64,000 nucleotides of DNA from Azolla caroliniana (taxonomy: Eukaryota > Plantae > Polypodiophyta), in NCBI GenBank assembly GCA_043228905.1, contig JBHGNT010000020.1, positions 12,958,001-13,022,000 on the forward strand, in the 5' to 3' direction. This document shows positions 57,075 through 64,000 of this stretch, in pieces. The translations under genes were made by a program, and so were the position numbers. Position 1 is the first letter of the stretch, and every line of letters starts with the position of its first letter. The notes beneath the pieces were generated by a model. That model saw only the letters and a list, made by a program, of their open reading frames with translations, was not told the DNA's origin and did no database searches.

Positions 57075-60000
57075 TGCAAAGATTTCATGTGGAAGCTTTA
57101 CACACATAACTAACTTCGCCGGTTACCAATAGAGAAATTTTGAAGGTTTAATGAAAGCTTTACACAATACACATACAGAGAGTACACGGGAGAGACAGAG
57201 AGAGCAAAACAGTAAAAACTCAAATTCAAAAATACTCAAAGACTCTTTACATATAATGCGCTCAATGAGCACTTTTATTGAAGTCCATAAAGGGTGGATA
57301 GAAGTAATGACAAGTACTTCAATCCTCGTATAGAGCATCAGACACTGACTCCCAAAAAATGTCTACGTACTAGGCTAGAGTTGTAGGCCTCCAACGGCCT
57401 ATCGGTTTCAATCCGATCGGGGTTACGATCTGGCTCTCCGATCCGCCTCTTGGTTCTAGATACCGATTCAGATACAGATCCGGATCTTCATTCCGGACTC
57501 CGATCCGGATCCGGTTGACCTCAACACTCCCCCTCAAGTTTAACTTGAGGTCGGATTGTGGTGTGAATGTTTGTCGGTCCTTCCATCTGGCTCTTCCTGG
57601 TGTCTTCCCGCCTTGCTAGCACTCCTCGACCCGTCTGGTTCCTTGCACCTTGACCCTCTCGGCCGGCTTGCCTACTCATAAGGCCCAACTAAGCTCCCTC
57701 GCTACCGTGACTCTAGCGCTTCTCAACTCATTGGCTCCTTCGTGCCGGTGTTGACTTCTTCTACCTTCTTGTTCTCTTGGCCTTCAATTGATCCGGCTCC
57801 TTCGATTCCCGAATCAAACTGTTGAACCGAATCCGCTACCTCCAATTCGTTCTTGCTCTTGTCCGAGTTGGTTGTCTCCAACTTGTCCTTGATCTTCAGG
57901 CCCTGCACAACATCAGACCATGTCCGGGTCTTGGCCTTCTTCTTCTGGTCGGCTCTGTCCTTCTTGACTCTGCCTTCGTCGCCGCTTGTTCTGACTTGTT
58001 CGGATTCGACTTCGTTTTCATCCTTGTCTCCCCTTGTTTCGGTTGTTTCCTCCTCTCCAACTAATTGTCCAGTGCCTTTACTTGTTCCAGTTCTCCCCCT
58101 CAAGTGCAGCATGTAGAGATGTTGTAGCCCAATCATCTTCAAAAAATGATGCAACTTGTCTGATCCAAGTGGCTTGGTGAAGATGTTGGCAACCTGCCAA
58201 TCTGTGCGAACATACTGGAGTTTGACTTCATCGCTTAGGACTTGCTCGCGCACAATGTGATAGTGCACCTCAATGTGCTTGGTGCGAGGATGAAACATGA
58301 GATTCATGGCAAGCTGCATACTGCTCATGTTGTTGTAGTAGATTGAGATCAAAGTCAATACTTCGATCTGGAGGTCATGCAGCAGCAGCTGAAGTCAGAT
58401 GGCTTCACAGGTGACGATGGTAGCGCCCCAATACTCAGCCTTAGTGCTCAAAAGAGCCATTGTCGGTTGCTTTTTGTTGCTCCATGCAACAACCGTGTTA
58501 TCAAGAGAGAACATAAAACCGAGAAGTGAACCGACAATCTGACGCATCACTGGCCTAGTTGGCATCTGTATAACTGACTAGCTTTTCGGTTATACCGTGT
58601 CGGTATAACACTCCCCGATCCTTAGTGCTGCACACATACCTCAATAGTCGGCCTCTACATAAATTGGTTGATCGCTCCAACCGAAAAGCTGATGTCGGGT
58701 CAGGTGATTGTTAAGTAAATAAGGCTTCTGACAATTTGTTGGAACCGTCTCTCGTTGTAGGCCGGTCTGGAGTCGGGACGAAGCTTCAGGTTCTAGTCCC
58801 GAGGTGTAGAGATTGGTCGGCAATCCGTCATGTCGAACTTGTACAACATATTCAACACATAGTGTCGTTGTGAGAGCAATATGTCATTGGGGGTATGGAT
58901 CACTTCAATCTTGAGGAAACAATGAAGGCCCCCCAAGTCCTTGATTTCGAATGCATCTGACAGCTGGGACTTCACTCGTCCGATTTCACCGAGTTCGGTT
59001 CTAGTGATGACTAGATCATCCACGTATAGAAGATGCACACCAGACCTTTTGGACCTCTCCAGATGAACAACAAAGAGTCGGACTTCGAGGTCGCAAAGCC
59101 CATCTTACACAAACGGTGCGTGATCCTCGAATTCCAAGCTCAAGGGCTTGCTTTAGGCCATAGAGCGACTTCTTGAGTCGGCACACTGCTAACGTGTTCA
59201 TCTCCGATTGAAATCCAGCGGGTTGGATCATATAGACTTGTTCTTCAAGGTCGCCTTGAAGAAACGCATTCTTCAGGTTCATTTGTTGAAGATGTCACCC
59301 CCTTGCCACAACAATTGCCACCACCACACGAACCGTCGTCATCTTCGTTGCCGGTGCGAAGGTCTCGTCGTCGTCGATTCCATGGGTCTGTGCATATATT
59401 TTGACCAGTAATCAGGCCATGTACTGGTTGACCGAACCTTCAATGTTGTAATTCACCTTCTATACCCACTTGCAGCCAATTGGTTTACAATGTCGAGGAG
59501 GGTCAACCACGTCCCATGAGTCGTTGGCATCAAGTGCCTACATTTCTTCCTCCATCGTGGCATGCCAATTTGTGTCCTTTGCCGCTTCTACGTAGCTCTC
59601 CGGCATACGCACTTCCGCCACTTTCGATGCACTCATTATACCCATACCGTTTGACGGGGTTCTTATGGCGGTGTCGCAAATTTTCGCATGCATGTGTCAC
59701 TTGAACGGAACCGTCGGGGCCTTGGACCGGGGAGACAAAAGTAGTGAGGAAATGGGAGATTAAGAGAAAGACACAAAGAAATACACATAATTTTTTATAT
59801 AAATTAGGGTTTTTGTTTTTATTTTTTTATAATTGTTAGGCTTGACACCACGATTTCGGTGGTTATTACAGTAATTGGTTATAAATAAACCAAATGGCTA
59901 AAATAAACCGGTGAAGGCGAGTCTAGTCGGCTCCGAGTCTGACTACTTCCGACAGCTATGTTGCCTTGATTCGGAGTAGCTCTCGTGCCACTACAACCTC

Positions 60001-63000
60001 CCTTACACCACCGGCTACCGAGTTGACTACCAATGAGATGCTGAAGAAGTTGATGTATAAGGAACCCAAACCCTAAAATCTTGAGTAAGAAGTATAATAG
60101 AGGCAAAACTCACAAACCTTAAAATCCTAAGTCCTCTAATATGTTGAGGAGAAAAGAAAAAAAGTAGAAAGAAGCTCTCAAACCCTAACCCTTGAAGGAA
60201 AAGATAAAATAGAAAGTGATAAGGAGAAAGGGAGGCTACCAAACCCTAACCCAAGAAAAGAGGAGAAGATGAAACCCTAGTGGTACACCCAAATAAGCCC
60301 TATCCCTCCTCTCTTATAGAGGAAAGAGGCGCCTATTTTAACATTACATGCTTCTTTTTTTCCCTTTACCACAAAAATGGAACGGGAGCAAAATACTCCT
60401 TAATTCATCACAAGAGATGACTTGAACTCTACACCTCCCCATGTATACTTATAAGCCCTAACCACTAAGCTACTGCAACTTTATTCTTATTATTATATTT
60501 TCATTCATATATTACTTCATGAGATGTGCGTGAAGCTTCACTTTTTCTCACACTACACATGCCACACCACGACATCGGGTAGATCGGCGTAACCTCTCGT
60601 TAGCCGATTTAAGGGCCCTCTTAGCCGATTCGAACTTTGTCCCCAAAGGTCCATCTTCGTTCTCTCCGTAGTCGGATTCATTGCGATCTGACTTGTCTCT
60701 ACTGGTGTTGTATTCCGGCTTCTTTGTCTTCCCCTTCTCTTTGCGCATGAACCGTCTCCTCGATTCCTTGCGCAGGGAGAGCACAATTGAGTTTCCACTA
60801 CTTGCGGCTCATCATCCTGTTGGTCTTTCCAACTCAGCTCTTCATTTGCCCTGCTCTACCGGAATGAGATCAAACTCTCATCGAGAGTACAAAATCTTCT
60901 TCCTCTTCTACCCGGATTGTTTCGGGCTCACTGGCCTCATCTTCCCGAATCGGGTGGTTAGAGTGGTCAAGGTTCAGAACGGGAGTAGGTAAGGAGTACC
61001 ATGATTCCGACTCATGGAACTCAACATCTCGACTTATTCGGACAATCTTTGTCTGGCGGTTATAACACTTATACCCCTTTTGCTCATGTAAATAGCCGAC
61101 TAATACGCACTTCTCTCATTTCGTATCTAGCTTCCTCATCTTCTCATCCGGTACATGCACATAGGCCATGCTACTGAATACCCTAAGGTGTCTTAAATTC
61201 GGTTTCTACCCGAAATACAGCTCGTCTGCTGACATCTTCTCCCTGATCCGATTCTGGATGTAGACGGCCGTCCGGACCACCTCGGCCTAGTAGAACTTGG
61301 GCATGCTTTTGTCCTCAAGTATTGCTCATGCCGCCTCGACGATCGACCAATTCTTCCTCTCAAATGTGTCGTTCTATTCCAGCATGTATCGGTAGTTGAA
61401 TTCCCGTCAAATTCCTTTCTACTGCAAATAATTGTTGAATTGTCCGGAAAAGTATTCTTTTCCACCATTCAACCGTAGGCACTTGATTTTCCTCTTCATT
61501 TCCCGTTCGACTAAATTATGTAAGTTCCGAAAACAATCGAAAACTTCGCTTTCATTTTCAATCAGGTAGATCCATGTGTGCCGCTTGTAGTCGTCGATGA
61601 AGGAGACAAAATATCGACTCCCGCCAAGACTACCGTTCTATGTCGGTCCCCATATGTCCGAATGTATTAAGTCGAGCTTGTTACAGCTCCGGTTTCGTTC
61701 GGTAGGGAATGGCAGCCTTCAAACTTTTGGGCCTTCCGGCCACTAAATTTCGGTAGTCTGACCACCACCTGTTTCGATTGTAGGTCCTCAAGCCTTTGGT
61801 AATTGACGTGGTTGATACTCTTGTGCCACATGTCGATATTCAACTCGACCTTCCATCCTTTTATGAATAAAGTGGTGCCTACGTCATTGGTGTCGAGGAT
61901 GAACATCCTCCCGTCTCGGCGCCCTTGTGCGGTGATCTGGCCCTCTTTCTCGATGAAACACCCGACTCCCAAGGTGCGTAAACCACACTTGCATGCCTTG
62001 ATCAACGATCTGTCTGACTGACACCAGGTTCTTCGTGATTGTTGAAACATGTAGTACGTTCATCAGCTTTCCCTTTTGACTGACATGACTCAAAGGGACT
62101 TCTCTGACATGATCGATCGGGTGCTCCGGTTTTCCTAGATATGAGAACCACTCTTCGTGGCTCGTCGTATGGTTAGACGTTCTAGAGTCAACGTAGCACA
62201 CTTCCTCTGATTTAGAAGTGGTCTTCTTCATCGAGTTCACCTTGTGCTTCATCGCAAAGGTTGACCCTTTTCTGGTCTTTCCAGTTCCAGATCCTTCTGA
62301 TCCTTCTGCGTACTATGAGCTCTGACAATTTCCTTGTCTGGCCTTGCCGAATCCGTATTTATCCGAATTGGCCCGCTTCTTCCAGCACTCGCTTTCCTTG
62401 TGACCTTTCTTGCCACAGTACCAACATTCCGTATCGGCCTTCGATTTCCAGTTTCTGGTGCCACCTTCACTCCCCCTCCTCATGGAGGTTCCAGAAGTGC
62501 TATCGACACTATCTTTGTGCCTCCGATTTTGCTCTTGTCGGTCGTCATTATTGCGTGCCGACCCACCTCGTCTTGCACGCCCACGGGGCCAATCCGCATC
62601 CGTGCACACCACCCGATTGTCTGATTGAGTGGTCCCTGAGCTACTCATGTGGTTTTCTTCGACCATTAGCATCGATTGCAAGTCGAAGAAGGACGGTGGT
62701 TTCTCCCGGGTGTAAATCTCCATCCGGATAGGCCTATACTTTTGCGCTAAACCACTGAGGAGATCTGGACCATCTCATCTTCGTCCACAGTCATGTTGAT
62801 GAACCCCGGCGCATCGTAGATCTCCTTTATTTTGGTGGTGTAGTCCGTAATTGTCATGCCCCTTTGCTAGATGTTGTTGAGCTCTTGTCGGAGCTACAAC
62901 TTACGGGTTGTGATACTGGTGGAGAAAATCTTTTTCAGATTTTCCCAGGCTCCTTTGAATGACTTCGCATCATTGATGTAGCCAAGCATCTAATCGTGCA

Positions 63001-63802
63001 CACAGGATGCAAGGCAGTACAACACCCTGCTCGCTCCTTGTTCCCATGCCGGGAAGTCCTTGTATGCCGACTCCGGCGCTACTTCATTCGCTCCATCGAC
63101 ATAACTCCAGTACCCGTGTCCCAGAAGGTATTGGTCCATCTTGTATGACCAAGATGCATAGTTGTTCCTATCGAGTTTCTCACTCGGAAGCAAGCTTGCC
63201 ATCCCTCTGTCCATTTCTTTTCTTTTAGGTCTGTTCTTACCGGAAGTTATGTTTCCTCTAGTCTTCTCAGGCTTCATGTCGGCAGCAGAGGATTTTCAAC
63301 CCTCACACTCTAATACCATGTAAAGATTTCCTGCGGAAGCTTTCACACATAACCGACTTCATCGATTACCAATACAGAAATGTTGCAGGTTTAATGGAAG
63401 CTTTACACAATACACACAGATAGAGTACACGGGAGAGACTGAGAGAGCAGAATAGTAAAAACTCAAATTCAAAAATAATCAAAGACTCTATACATACAAT
63501 GTGCTCAGTGAGCACTTTTATACAAGTCCATAAAGGACTAATAGAAGTACTGACAAGTACTTCAATCCTCCAACAAAGCATCAGACACTAACTCCCAAAA
63601 ATATGCCTACGTACTAGGCTAGAGTCATAGGTCTCCAACAGCCTACCGGTTATAATCCAATCCAGGTTACGATCTGGCTCTCCGATCCGGCTCTTGGTTC
63701 CAGATACTGATCCGGACACCGATCCATATCTTCGTTCCAAACTCTGATCTAGCTCTAGCTTATACAATCGATCTGTATCCAGTTGAGCTTGTCCGCTCAA
63801 CA
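57075..63802 (-). mobile_element. Decayed full-length Ty1/copia element, related to 17920-21945
   Basis: LTRs at 57075-57526 and 63319-63802, TSD CTATC/CTATT, degenerate iMet PBS TGGTATTAGAG, PPT at 57527-57537, gag KLDRNNYASWSYKM, knuckle [27 protein letters not shown] and LYVDDL, RNase H HPRTKHIEVHYH. Confidence 0.93.
59672..60574 (-). mobile_element. Solo LTR (903 bp) with TGTCG-type termini inside the Copia
   Basis: Plus-strand ends TGTCGC...CACGACA and TSD GCGG/TCGG. Removal plus 4 bp restores the host frame RRSTR-HKNPVKRYGY. A minus-strand CTATAAGAG near 60315 is followed by a CT-rich, TAGGGTTT-containing tract. Confidence 0.85.
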
Positions 63803-64000
63803 CTATTAGTAGGTCTTTCAATCATCTTCAAATCACCACACATACACCAACGTTGGGCCATTGGAAGATCTTGCAATAACATATTCCACAAATGAAATCT
63901 TCTAGTTGTAGAATTCAAAGCATAGACATTTAAAAAAACCAATCAACTTTCCATAAATAAGAATAAGCATATATTGAACTCTACCACCATGCAAGACTCC
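63803..64000 (-). mobile_element. L1-type LINE, endonuclease segment (continues beyond the window)
   Basis: FLNVYALN...WCMCGDL (NVYAP and GDFN motifs). It rejoins 57074 in frame as MIERPT-(N/D)RLGGSS. Confidence 0.87.

Overview
Plant nuclear DNA, almost entirely transposon-derived. The PLS-type PPR remnant and the element types suggest a seed-free vascular plant such as a fern (inference). No intact host gene is visible. From left to right there is a 69-bp minisatellite carrying telomeric CCCTAAA motifs, a 3' LINE fragment, a gag-only LTR element (5965-10892) and a PPR pseudogene. Then comes one L1-type LINE (minus strand, tail at about 15218, endonuclease running off the window end) stretched over about 49 kb by nested insertions. 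These are two hAT MITEs, two decayed Copia elements, and an Athila-like non-autonomous element (22609-56213). The last contains a tRNA-Trp-primed Ty3/gypsy element, a solo LTR and a second Athila/Tat-like element, which in turn holds a solo LTR and a very young intact Copia. The most notable observations: (1) five insertions with TGTCG...CGACA-type termini have 4-bp target duplications centred on CG (four seen directly, one reconstructed), suggesting CpG-targeted integration; (2) a non-autonomous element encodes Gag plus two tandem aspartic protease domains and no RT or integrase; (3) tRNA-like A/B-box modules lie in two solo LTRs; (4) one LTR element has a displaced PBS and no polypurine tract. 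Coordinates were read by eye, and boundaries of decayed segments are approximate.
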